Assembly (NCBI GenBank): GCA_013265495.1
Contig: MU058423.1
Coordinates: 7,239,449-7,303,448, forward strand
Length of the DNA: 64,000 bases
Source: Vicugna vicugna
Lineage: Eukaryota
Direction: 5' to 3'
Shown: in pieces, positions 51,336 through 64,000 of the stretch
Layout: each line of letters starts with the position of its first letter
How positions within the stretch are numbered: position 1 is the stretch's first letter
Program-made: the position numbers and the translations under genes
Notes under the pieces: generated by a model
Database searches by the model: none
The model's input: only the letters and a program-made list of their open reading frames with translations
Told to the model about the DNA's origin: nothing

Positions 51336-52489
51336 AGTGTATACTTGTCTGTATCATGCACTAAACTACAATCCCTAAGAAGACAAGGAATATGTTTATC
51401 ACCAATTCATACCATGGCTTAGCAAGACACAATACAAACCTTTAATTAAACTTAATGTATCTAGTTGCATTGAAGTATGAAACGTGATAAGGAATTATAG
51501 CTATTAACCCAATAAGAGTCAGTTTTGAGACGTTTCCTGAATAGGTTCTCCTAGCTAAATTTTAGCAGTCCATCAAGCCGTCTCCTTGGTAAATTTCAAT
51601 ATGGGGGAATAGCGACAGTGATTGCAAGAAAGCATTCTGTTCAACTGTGATCACTGTTAGAGATTTTTTTAAATGTAAAGGCAATAATAGAAACAAAACA
51701 AGAATTGTCAATAACTAAAGAAGAGGCACTAGAGAGGGGCTGTTTTCTGCAGTGGCGCTCCTGCCATAATGCGACTGGAGTGAGAGCTCTGAAACGACAG
51801 CCCCAGCTGCCACGATAACCACGTGATAGTACTGAGACAGGAATAAGAGGAGGCAGTGATAGTGGAACAAGAATGCTAGTCACCCAGTAGGTATACACAC
51901 GGAGCAGCGGTTCGTGGTGTGGGATCAGGGTAGAGAGTGGCTGTGGCGATTGACTCAACGGGCAGCACAGGAGACAAAGGAGTCAAGTTAGTACTACTCC
52001 ACTGTGACCACTGGAAATCCTCCTGTGCTCCCAATGGCTATAATGGGTCACTGTTAAAACACTGGCAAACGGAGCCTACTTTGGAATCCGAAGCAGAGAT
52101 AACAATACGGAAGGTAGACAGCAGTGGTGAAAAAGTGGAGAAAAGAGTTCCTGCAGTAAGAAAGGTAAGGCTCAGAGATACCAAGCAGAAGAGGTTGGTA
52201 GTAATCGGGACACTTCCATTTTTGATGCTTTTAGGGTATTGGGTCAGAGGACACAGGACACCTTCCGTTTATTCCTCTAGGTTCATTCTTCACCCTTCCC
52301 CTCTGTCCTCTTGATCCCCAAAGCCTTATCTGTATGATTAAAAGAATCCATTGACCACTACTTATTGTTTGAATGAGATGCCCAGGAAAAAATATGAAGG
52401 CAAGAGGAGAGGATGTTGGAGTAGTTTATTTTTCTTGCTCTTTACTTCTGGGGTTTATTCTGGGCTTCTGACTGAATTATTCATCCCAA

Positions 52490-52567
52490 ATTGTTTTTTG
52501 TTTGTTTGTTTGTTTTTCGGTTTTGGGGTTTTTTTTGTTTTGTTTTGTTTGTTTGTTTGTTTGTTTT
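52490..52567 (+). repeat. (TTTG)n simple repeat
   Basis: Directly visible. Confidence 0.9.
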
Positions 52568-55500
52568 CCTTTAGAAGCCCTTCTCTGCATGAAATCCTGC
52601 TTTTAGGTTCTGGTAACCTTGACCTTCCATTACCTCTTCTGGCTTGAGGATAACTTTCCTCTTGAGTGGCCCTTTTCCTCTCCTTGCTAGAGCTCACACT
52701 GCACTCTCTCTCACTTTTACTATAAATAACAGAAATAATCTCTTCTTTAAACTGTCTTCAGATTATCCATTTTGTATGTATTAATTCTTTTCTGCTGTGA
52801 TCCTAATGGATACAGAGAGGGGCAATGATGTTATTGTACCAGGAGGCCAACACGTTTAAATTCACTGCAGGTTAAGTAAAGCTTACTGAGAAATAGGGAC
52901 ATTTGGGTCCCTGAGGATGGTCTTGGACTCAAAAGGAAGCAAATGAAATTGTCTAAAAGAGAAGGGCCAGGTAAATGTGGGTCCCAGAATACTTGACTTC
53001 CCAATGGCTCGCATAATACAGAGATCATTGATCTTAGGTTTATGGACTTAATCAATGATGCTTTTGCTTCAAATCATTTTACAACTGGAATCCTAGTATA
53101 TCAAATTGTATCTTCTCTTCTGGAACAGGACCGGGGACTAGAAGCACTCACTGAGTAGGTTAAGCTTGCTCAGAATGATGATAATAGTTTATTAAGTCAC
53201 ATCTGTTTTCTTCTGTACCCTTACATTAATTATATTTCTAAAGATACAGGTAAGACTAACAGTAACTTCAGAAGTAGCAGTAGCCTTGCTTTTTCCTTGC
53301 TTTTAATAATAATCCTCATTTCTAGTTAAATATGCAAAATTATGTCCCCTTGCCAGTAACTTATTATTTCATTTTATTGATTCAGGTCTCATTTTATTTT
53401 CCACCTAATCAACATTCTAAAAAAGCAAAGCAAACTAAGAACTCAGTGTCTGGTTGGCTTATCAACTGTGCTGTTTTGTTCATTATTTGCTGTTTCTTAC
53501 TTTCACCAATAAATAAGAACTACCCTTGTTTTTTTCCTACCACACAATTTGAAATAGATTTTCCCAAATTCTATATTGTAGGACAAATTCACAAACTTTG
53601 TAACTGACTATATTTTCATCACACAAGGACAAATGAAAAGACCATGATCCCTGAAAACTTTAATATGACATTATAGGTGACAAATTGGTTGATAAACATT
53701 AGATCATACTAAATTCTAAGAATGTACAGATGCAAATAAAATAAACAACATCTTACAGCAATGACTATGACATCTATAGCCATCTGAGGAGGGTCTATGA
53801 TCTGCTCCAGAATGGTAGAGAGGAGCAGTGCTACAGAGATGAAACGATCAACAGCTACCAACGTGCTGATAAGGACAAGCTCACATGAAGGTTCTTCATA
53901 GAAGCTAATATTCCCACTGTTAGAGTTTCTCCTTTGCCGCAACACATAATTTATAAAGGACACCAATACACACAAAGACAATTGATGTAATTGTACATCA
54001 GCACTAATAAACTAGAAACGGGAAGTGAGGGTTGAGGTTGAGAATTATCAAAACAACAACAATGAAACAAGATGAAAAAGAAAGAAAAAAAGAAAAAGAA
54101 AGCTTAAAGGAGCTATTCCAGAAAATACAGCCCCAAACTGCCATCTTTACTATGTTTTAGTGCTGGTTTTGATAGTACTGATAAATTCAAGTGCTGTACT
54201 GCTCATTTCAATCAAGTGACATTTTATGTAGGAAGAACGCAGTGTCATATATTTATGCCCATCTGGTTCTTTCATCCATACTATTTTTAAAAATGCATTT
54301 ATCCCCCACACTCCTTTGTTTTCTGATGGTCTAGATCTCCATCATTCTACAGAAAAAATGAGTTTATTGTCTCAAGAATTTCAGACCATAATGTGATAAA
54401 AAAAATGCTCTTTATTCATAGAACACTCCATAATTTACTTTTGCAGAGGTTTTTAGATAAATTCTAATAAATGAGGGTCTCAGAATAATGCCTGTTGTAA
54501 CAGGGTATCTATTTCAATGTTTTGTCATTTAGCCACACCAGGCAGATGTCATCATTCCATCAAAGGCTGTAGTTTAGGTGTTACTGACAGGAAGAAGCTA
54601 GTTGAGCTCACTGTCTTGTTTATTTAAAAAACTTTTGTTCAATTTTCAAGTCTAGCGCTCTTTTCATTTCCTCAAGGATACTAAACGTGTGAAAAGAAAT
54701 AGGTAGAAATATCACTGTCAACTATTTTATTGAGGATTATAATTGAAAAGTCATAGCCTTTATACAAGCTCCTGTAAAAGACATCTTACTGAAAACAAGA
54801 TGAGGCAGTGGCAGCTAATAATAACAATAGTAATTAATATTAATAATAACAACAACAATAATGGTTAATATTTAAAAATATTTAATATGCCCCCAAATTT
54901 GCACAGATTACTTCCTCTAATTCCTATGTTACCCAGGAAACAGAATTCAAACTCTGGTTGTTTTACTTGATTGTTTTCAGTCACTAGGCTGTACTTCGGG
55001 GACCAGATATTGTTGGCCATTCCTTTCAAGAGTGAATCTTACATCACATCTCTGAACTGACTTTTCTTCATCTGTCTGTCCTTCAAGATTTTGGATTTTC
55101 ATTTTCTTTTGCCTTCATCTTGTTAGTTAACACCCCTCTGTGTCTCCAAATTTCATTTAGTACCCAAGTTTTTGCACTCAGAATTCTGACTCCTAGATAA
55201 TCCTTCTAGCTGCAAATCTCTCACTGAAGCCCTGTATGCTGCAGGCTGGATGACACAGTCTAAACACCTTCAGAGCTGAAAATTCAGCTCAGTGGGTTCA
55301 TCTGAAGGAGCTTCTGCTCCAACAGATCCGTAACTGTCCTGGCGTCAACCAGCAAGCTGTGTGTCCACAGCCCAGCAGACAGTGTGATACAGTTTCTACC
55401 GATGCAACCATTTACATGCTGAGAGCTTCAAAAATAGATTTTATTTTTACTTTTCTCATTATAATGCGAGCTCATGGTATGTATCTATACTTAGATAAAC

Positions 55501-56789
55501 AGAAAGACTAATAAATGCACATATATACCCATACATTTCTCAGATATAGGTATTTCTCAAGAAATACATTTTATGAAAAATACAGCTCAACTTAAAAATA
55601 AACATTGTTTTCAATGAATGATATTTGTCATTCTAAAACTAATAAATGGATTTTTTTTAAATGATGATAAATAAATTTTCAGAATCATACCAGGTAATGT
55701 GCAAAGGAAAACACCAGAATCTGAGTCAGACACTGTGGAAACATAGCAGGCAATCCGGTATTCATTATAAAATAAACCCTTAATAAATTCTATTTCTCCT
55801 CGATATAAACTTCTACATACATTCTGCTTCCATCTGATTATTGACATATCAATTCCCTTGCTAAAAGGAATGACAATATACACATTTTATTAGCAATATT
55901 GATTGCATATTTTTATGGGTGTCCTGGTTCAGTGAATTCAATTATTCCAGTTGGGTTATGGATCCCAAAGGAGAGGCCAAATCTGGATGAATTATTTAAA
56001 GTTCCACGAGGTGGCAATAATATAAAAAGCGATTCTGGTCCAGTCACACTTATTGTCAGTCCTTTCTTAAATTCACTTATTTAAAATGGTTTATAATAAT
56101 TTCTAAGGGCCACATTAACAGTATAAATTTGTAGCTTTGCTACCTAGGCAATGTATGACATTGGGCAAGTCTCTTCATATTTTATTCTTAGATTTCAAAA
56201 GTAAATGATCACTAGTTTCAGTTCTTTTGGCCGTAAAACAACAAACACCCACTGGTCTATCACTTATTTTGTTGTCATTTGATTACTTATCTGCCCATTT
56301 CAATAAAGCACACCCAATGCTATTAAAATGCCTCTATTCTTTTCACATAAAAGACAGAAAAAATTCCTTCTACTGATTAAAGCTCATTGTTTTACATCTG
56401 CAAATCTCTGCCCCCATCTCCTCCAGGACCTTGTTACTTCGTCTGTTCACCTTCGTTTTGATTTACATCTCTAGTGTCTTCATGAACTGTAACTTCTTTT
56501 ATACATTTTGCCACCTATTTTATAACTTCTGGGATATAAACAAAAGAGATAGTCCCTTTCCTCCTCCTGATAGTACTCACATTCTTGCTGGAAATACAGT
56601 TAAGTGATGTTCAAATTTATCAACAGAACGTAAGTAAATAAAAGCCTTATCTTCCCAGCCAACTTTCAAGAGTATAGGTGATTATTATCTTTGTTTCTTC
56701 CTATAGAAAACATTTTTAAAAATGTTTTCCAGTATTTTCATAATCAGTATGCATAAGTCAAATAGTGAAACATGATTCTAATATTAATT

Positions 56790-56896
56790 AAAAATATATA
56801 TGAAAATGAACATATGTATGTATATGTATGACTGAATCACTATGCTGTATGCCAGAAATTGACAGAACATTGTAAACTGACTATACTTCAAAAAAA
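56790..56896 (+). mobile_element. Short L1 3' tail
   Basis: gtatgactgaatcactatgctgtatgccagaaattgacagaacattgtaaactgactatacttcaaaaaaa. Confidence 0.88.
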
Positions 56897-59281
56897 TTTT
56901 TTTCCAATCCTACAAGTTCCATTTCATGAACAGTTTCTCTAAACTCACAAATTGATAGAGATTTTTCTTCTTTTAATTCTTTAAAAGTTGATAGTATTTT
57001 CTTTGAAGGCTTATATGATATGATATAATGTATAACCCAAGAGTTTAGGTAGGACATCATAATGTAATTTTGTAGCTGTGATCTGAACTCTATCATCTTG
57101 ATATAAGATGATAAGAGTAGTTTTCAAACCATAAAAAAAGTTATTAAATTAAAAGTTTAAAAAGTATTTTATTTGTGACTGATTTAGCCCTTTAAAATAT
57201 ATTTTATTTTCTGCACGTAAAGTTCACAAATATATATTTTTCTAAATATAAATGTATATGTGTACATATACATACATATACATATGTGTTACATAAACTG
57301 ATAACAGCAGTGGATGACACTGGTTTTCTGCCATTTTCTGACTCCTGAGTATTATGGTGGCTTCTAACTTTTCTTCAGTGTCGAATTTATCCCACACTAT
57401 CACACTAAATATATTTTGCTCCACTAGACTTTTTTTTCCAAAATACTGTTTTCAACCTGTTATTTTCCCCTCAATAAATAGTTTCTTACTGCATAGTTTG
57501 AAGTTAAAATTCTTCAGGCTTGCATTCAAAGCTCTTACTAATCTCACTTACTGCTGCCCCTCATTCTAAGCATCTTTCCTATTATTCTCCCAACATAGAT
57601 TTTCTAACACAATGCAATGGGTTTTGCATATAATATAATTTATATATCATTCTTGCCACCACCTGTGCAGATTTTACATGTAGTCCTCAAATATATCTCT
57701 TTTTCTCTAGTCATTCTTTACACATTCATATTTGTATAAGCTCATCATGCAATGGATATTAAATGAAAAGTAGTGGAAACTCAGAGAAAAGGTATGTTAA
57801 ACCTCCATGGGAATGTAGAAAAGCCAGGGGGAATTTGTTAGAACTGAAGAATCCTGGGCCATCCTGAGGTATTCTAATATAATAGTTCTAGGATGAGGAC
57901 AAAAAATTCTCATAAGACACCTAGAAAAAGATTCCTCTTTTATTAACGAGGCAATAGATGGCGGCATGTCTTGGACATAACTGTCTTGAGTGCATCTTGT
58001 AATGGGGATCACATGAAGAGTCTTACGTAAAACCTAGATCAGGTCTGTTTTAGCAATCTCTGATGACATTTTTGCTAGGAATAGGATGATAAATTGGGAG
58101 CAGGTTGTAGTTAAAAAGGGTCTAACAAGACTGTTCATGACATCAGTTTGTTAACTATTCAGAGAAGTTTACAAAGTTCTTAAAATCTGAAAAAAATGTG
58201 CCTGAAATCTTTGCTGTTCTCTTTCATATTTTAGAATGTCACCTTGCATCTTCCAGAGGATTATAGCAGCATGTTTTAGGATGGCTTCCAAGAAGGGACA
58301 AAGTCTAATGACTAACTGGCAAATCTCCAATAGATTTTAGATAAAAATTTCTAATTACATCTCTAGTATAAGCATAATTTATTACAGATTTTCCCAGTAC
58401 TTCCTACAGATTTCTTCTGTCCTTGGAAATGCTGTCTGGATTGTAAATTAATTCAGTACTTTTCAAGTCAAGCCAAACCAATCCATCCATTGTTACAGAC
58501 ACCCAAGTTTTTCTATTTTGTATTCCTGTATGGAAATCATATTTGCAATCCATATATTGGTTTCACTCTTCTCTCTCTCTTAAAAGAGTACTTGCATGTG
58601 GCAAAAGGATATCTGGAAACATTCTGGAAAACTAGCAATGCTAGTCCATCCAATGACATCTCTCAACTCTACTTTTTACACTGTCTCTACTATAGCAATC
58701 AAATGGCTACCACTCCACAGTGTGGAAAAAGTCACATGGGTATTATTTTTAATTTCTCCATAATGTCAAAAACACGTAATGCCTTGTAATTCTCTACTTA
58801 AGGAGACGGGTAAATAATTTTGTGATAAGAAAAACAACGTGGGCCATATGGATGATGCTAACTTGTATCATGCTTTAAAACATTAAAAAAATTATATTAT
58901 ATTGTATTAACATTATATTATTTTACTGGGTTTACACATCGATCTTGCCAATATTTTTTAATCCAGCTTTTAAATTAAAGTTACAGACCCAGAGGTTCAG
59001 GGTCACAAACCTAGATGAACATGACTAGTGGCAGGTGAAGAAGCTCAGCTCACTGCCCAGCTACATGGTAACACCTGGCCTCGCTTGCTTGCATGTATAT
59101 TCAGGAATAGGGTCAGCGCAGGGAGAAGACCCATAAGAGAGTAAGGTTCCTCTTCCCTACCAATACAGGAGGCGCATTATCTATGTACCTCTTGGAAATA
59201 AAGGCGCCATGTAAATTAATGCAGCCACACAGTCGTTTATTCCTGAGTTTCAGAGCTTGCTGTTCATTGATATGCCCCGGA

Positions 59282-59840
59282 TGGCAGAAAAATCTGCCTT
59301 TTATTCTCCTAGGTTCTGTGGCTGGGCTTAAGAATTAAACTGACATAAGATAGATTTACAGGAGAAAAGCATACAAATTTTATTTAATATTTTTACATAC
59401 ACACAAGAGTCTTCAAGAGGAAGATGAAGACTTGAAGAGGCCATTAGGCTAAAAAGCTTATATATCTTTTTAAACAAAGAATGATAAATTGTGCGAGGTG
59501 TGACAATACCAAGGGTCTTGGACTGGGGATAGTAAATCTGGGGACAGAGACCAGGAAATACATGAGGGAAACAAATGGAAGGTAAAGGTTATTTTAGTCA
59601 GTTTGTTTGTACAGGTGCATTTCGGTGTCAACTCCCAGCCCGGTGATAAGAACGTTTCTTCTCTTCCTACTAAAGGGAAGCCACCTGTTTCATGGGAAAT
59701 TTTATAACATGCTTTTCGGGAGAAAGGGGAAGTCAGAAAGCACCCTCCTGTATCTGCTATTTTTCAAGTGCCCTCAGCTGAAAATAACCAGTATGTCAAA
59801 GTGGAGTATTTTGATGTGGCACGTTTTGAACCCTTTTCCA
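59282..59840 (-). mobile_element. ERV1 solo LTR, MER34-like
   Basis: ctcagctgaaaataaccagtatgtcaaagtggagtattttgatgtggcacgttttgaaccc is the reverse of the MER34-group LTR 5' end. Confidence 0.8.
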
Positions 59841-60479
59841 CCACTTTGTACGTCAAATTTGCTTTATTCTTTTTTCTTCTTTTTTGCTCTTTTTTTATAC
59901 TCTCTGTTTAAAACAGAAGTAAAATCAGATTACATACACAATCTTAATCAGCTTGTATTCTTTCATTTCACTGTTTTATTGCCTGTATGATACGCATTTG
60001 TAAATGGATACCACCTTCACATTTTTCTTATGTAAATAATTATAAGATATTTCTTCCATAAAAGATTGTATTACATTTTTTTCAAGTTCACTATTTCAAA
60101 TACTTACAAGCTTGTTGAAATTTGATTTTGTAGAGGACAGCTATTATAATTGTTTTAACCACTAATTATCTAAAGGTGAGTTTTGAGAGAGAAGCAAAGG
60201 CTAGAATGTAAATCTTTGTCAAGCTTGCTTAGAAGATTGAACTTCATCCTATAAACCCTGGAGATAATTGAATAGTTTTAATAACAAGAGCAGGATAAAA
60301 CACGGTCATGTTAGTGATTGATCCAATTGGACTTGATTTCTATGCCATGATTTGGTTAACAAACACTGATTTGGACAGGGCCATGAACGGAACGCCAAAA
60401 AGGAAACATTCACATTCGCTGGTTTTAGAGATAAGGATAACTTCATCTGAGACAATGGACAGTGTGAGTGCAGAGGGAA

Positions 60480-60720
60480 GGACAGCTTCCTGAGATGTCA
60501 TACAACATGTATGGAATATTGGAAATGAAGGTTTGGGGAAGAATGCACAGTCCAGCACAGCACACAATCTGAGGTTTGTTTGTGCTGATGATTGTATGTT
60601 GAGTTGGGAATGCCAGTAAACTGCCTAATGGAAATATCCAGTAGGGAGATGGATAAGGAGCTGGTTGAAGCACAGAGATCGGGACTAGGATTATTGAAAG
60701 ACCAATCATCACCGCATGGA
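60480..60720 (-). mobile_element. L2 fragment
   Basis: gttgagttgggaatgcc...aatggaaatatccagtagggagatggata. Confidence 0.55.
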
Positions 60721-61329
60721 TTCTAGCTCTTACTGAGGTCAAGAGATTGCTATTTGCTGTCAGAGCAAATTTGAGCAATAAAAATTATATATTATGAGCA
60801 TACCTACAAATTATCATTTGTTTTAAGCAATTCAGTTACTTTAATCATAACTGTAAACCCAAAGTACAAAAACAACAAAAGTATCTACTTAATCTAAATA
60901 AAATCTGATTAGCCAAGTTATCAACTGAGTCGATAATTTTGTTTTACGAAGTAGGTGTGTCTGGTGCCTCTGGACTTGTATGGTTATTTCATGCTGTGGT
61001 ATTTATTTATAGATCCATGTATTTGCTTCATTTATTTAATACTGTAATTACAAATCTCTTTTTAAAGAATGTGGGCATGGTTTTAAATGTTTTTTAGGCT
61101 TGAAGGGTGTAGGTACAAGTTTAATCGGTTTGTATCAGGCTCGACTCAAACTCATCCTTTCTTTTCAACAATAATTACTTCTCCTCATCATGCTCCTCAT
61201 CATTCTCTAATCTCTTGGCCTAGAATGAGTTTCCTTCAACAACGTTACGCAGTTACTTCTACTTATTAGGGCACAATCAGGCATTCCCTAACAATTTTCA
61301 GTGCTTCTCCAACTGGATGGGAGGCAGCT

Positions 61330-61750
61330 CGCTCTCTATCAATGACTCTTTCTCTCCTTCGTGGGGCAGAGCTGTTGCTTGGCAGTGGCTTCCCTGGCTG
61401 TGACTACATTTCCCACCCACCTGTGTTTCTTGGTGGGGCCAGTGGTCAATGGGCAGAAGTGATGATTACCACTTCCAGGCTTAATAAACTTTCAAATCTG
61501 TCATTCACTTACTTTATCTTACCCATCTGTGGGCTGGATATTGATCCCAAGGGTGAGCTTTGAAGCCACAGATTGAATACGGCTGAGCTTCCATCAGCCT
61601 GAGTCATGAACGGCTGCACAGAGCACAGCTCCCCATCATTCCCATTGACTTTACCTGTGTGAGAAATAAATTTCCATTTTCTTTAACTACTGAGATTTCA
61701 TTGTTGATTGGCCACAGCAGCTATCTAGTGTTACCTTAAATTAAATAATG
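61330..61750 (+). mobile_element. MaLR LTR (MLT1I/J-like)
   Basis: gactacatttccca...gggcagaagtgatg..accacttccaggc...gagaaataaatttccatt...actgagattt. Confidence 0.75.
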
Positions 61751-62029
61751 CAACAGGGAATTCTGAAATACAGGCTGTAGATAGCTGAGTCCCTTAAACT
61801 AAGTCTACTGTTGAACAAGTCCTTGGAGCCAGACACTAAGAAAACTCCAGTTTAACTTTGCAAATCATGTTTCTTTAGTGTCAGAGTACACAGATTCCTT
61901 TAAAGAAATATGGAGAGAGAAGGAAAGTGGAATTGTTGGGCGCATACCCATGTAGTTACTTCTTAAAAGGTCATCTCACATATTTCTCATAGAAATTCTG
62001 AAAGTTCCTATGTGAATAAAACAAAATAA

Positions 62030-62160
62030 AAGCCATTTTAAAGATAAAGAAATGGAAGTTCAGGCAGATTAAGTGATTTGCTGAAGGTCACAGAGCTTTG
62101 TCAAATTTGGGAGTTTATACCCAGAATTATAAAACTCATGCATATTCTTCCAACGACACC
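62030..62160 (-). mobile_element. MIR core
   Basis: ccattttaaagataaagaaatggaagttcagg..gattaagtgatttgctgaaggtcacagagct. Confidence 0.75.
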
Positions 62161-62871
62161 ACCCTATTTTCCATCAGACAGAACTCTGAACATTTCTGTT
62201 TCTCTGGGCAACTCTACTGCTTCTTAAACAGACAAATAAAATTAATTTCAGAAATTCACTCGTCAACAAATAGAAGCTCTGAGCAAACGTTTCAGTGTAG
62301 AAATGACTATTCAGGGAGACTATAACCCACAAGGATAACCATATATAGCAGTGTCACTTGTTTGAAAAATGTGTGTTTCAATAAGATGTAGTCATGCCTG
62401 CAGTTTTGTTATTATGTATATTCATTGGCTACAACTTTCAAAGGATTAGGAAAGATCCATCCCATTTGTAATACTGTACATGCACATATCAATAAAAAAA
62501 AAAAGACTCCCTGAAGGTAATATAAACTCAGTGAAGACTGAAAAACCCTCTCAGAAATACAGATAGAGTCATACAGGGTCACCTACATTGTCAGGGAGAA
62601 TATAAATTTATTTGAATGCACTGAATCTGAGAACACTTATAAAATAAATGGTGGAAATATAAATTTCAGGCCAAATAGCAGTTGTATTACTGAAATAGAT
62701 AATCTAGACCTGTTTTCTGTTGTAAGCCTTCCGTGGTTTTATATCAGTTGAGAATAATTGGAAAGTGGCCTTACTTGAGGATAATTAATGAAGCACAAAT
62801 AAAGCCTCAAAAATTCACGTACCTTCAACTCAGCTATTCAATAACCATACTGGTACAAACTAGAAGAGGGA

Positions 62872-62930
62872 AGAAGGGGATGAGGATGGGATGAGGATGG
62901 GATGAGGATGAGGACAAAGAGGACAAGGGA
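62872..62930 (+). repeat. (GGATGAGGATG)n purine-rich simple repeat
   Basis: Directly visible. Confidence 0.8.
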
Positions 62931-62951
62931 AAAGACAGAACCAAGACAATC

Positions 62952-63439
62952 CAGGCATACCTCGGAGATTTTGTGGGTTCAGTTCCAGACCACTGCAATA
63001 AAGTGAGTATCACAATAAAACAAGTCATACAAATTTTTTGGTTTCCCAGAGCATCTAAAAGTTATGTTTACACTACATTGTGCTCCATTAAGTGTGCAAT
63101 AGCATTACATCAAAAAAAAAAAAAAAGAAACCAGTGTACATTCCTTAAATTACTTTACAGCTAAAAACTAACCACCATCTGAGTCTTCAGTAAGTTGTAG
63201 TTGTAACATCAAAGATCACTGATTACAGATCACCATAACAATTATAAATAACGAAAACATTTGAAAAATTGTAAGAATTACCAAAATGTGGCACAGAGAC
63301 GAAATGAGCCAATGCTGTTGGGAAAGAAATGGTGCCAATAGACCTGCTCAATGCAGGGCTGTCACAATACTTCAATTTGTGAAAAATACAGTACCTGGGA
63401 AACACAATAATGGAAAGGACAATGAAATGAGTATGCCTG
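62952..63439 (+). mobile_element. Tigger1-derived internally deleted element
   Basis: 5' caggcatacctcggagat...gttccagaccactgcaataaag; 3' gagtatgcctg followed by TA; both TIRs present. Confidence 0.93.
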
Positions 63440-63909
63440 TATATTCTTAAAAAGTCTTTAGGACAACCACCCTTCTACATTCAAAGTCACGCTCTTCTAT
63501 CACCAAATCTCTTGTACATCACCCATATTAGACAAAATTCCCTAAGTCCTAACTTTCAGTTTAATTTTCTGGTTTCCAAATCTACAGCACATTAGAAGTA
63601 AATTAGAGGGCTGACTGAAGCTGCAATAGGTGGGTGCACTGATGTCCAGGAGACATGCCAGTGCAACAGAAAGAGAAAAAGAAAAAATATATAAAAACAA
63701 CATTTGCAAGTCCAAAACTGGAGCTATTTGGTGCCATTAAAGGAAGGCATAAGCACATTTTATATGCCTAAGAGCATTACTGTATTATGAAATACAATCA
63801 TTACTGTTTTTTACTGATGCAATTTAGTCTTCAAGGGAAGTTAAAATGTTTGTGTTCATGTGAGAAAAAGTTGGGAATATATATATATTAGTACACATAA
63901 AAGGTCTAT

Positions 63910-64000
63910 ATCCATTCAGTCATTTACCCAACCAATATGTATTTAGCACCTTGTATTATAGAAACTGTCCTAAATGTTGGGATTCTGATATCATAAGACA
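63910..64000 (-). mobile_element. L2 3' end
   Basis: tccattcagtcatttacccaaccaatatgtatttagcacc. Confidence 0.6.

Noticed and set aside
240..63405. The six-frame ORFs (60-154 aa) as host genes
   Set aside because: Short, often non-ATG starts, low-complexity F/L/I-rich or inside repeats. Only the L1 ORF2 pieces and RTE-like remnants show recognisable motifs.

Overview
AT-rich, CpG-depleted mammalian genomic DNA (intergenic or deep intronic). I find no intact protein-coding exon and no tRNA, rRNA or CRISPR feature. Much of the window is transposon fossils: eutherian-wide L2, MIR, L1M, MaLR/ERV LTRs, hAT and Tigger elements, plus younger L1 3' ends of cetartiodactyl type. I saw no Alu, B1, Bov-A/tA or PRE SINEs, so a camelid is my best guess (inference). 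The only recognisable gene-derived sequence is a TMA7 processed pseudogene (~9050-9398) whose middle part is inverted. Other notable structures: an 81-bp direct repeat bracketing a 47-bp CpG-rich insert (7011-7219), a twin-primed L1 with a perfect 16-bp TSD (41102-43092), fossil RTE-clade LINE endonuclease and RT remnants (~12.9 kb and ~37.3 kb), and several short tandem duplications. There are two assembly gaps. I could not support a novel multi-gene system. Repeat subfamily names come from recalled consensus motifs, and boundaries of old repeats are approximate.
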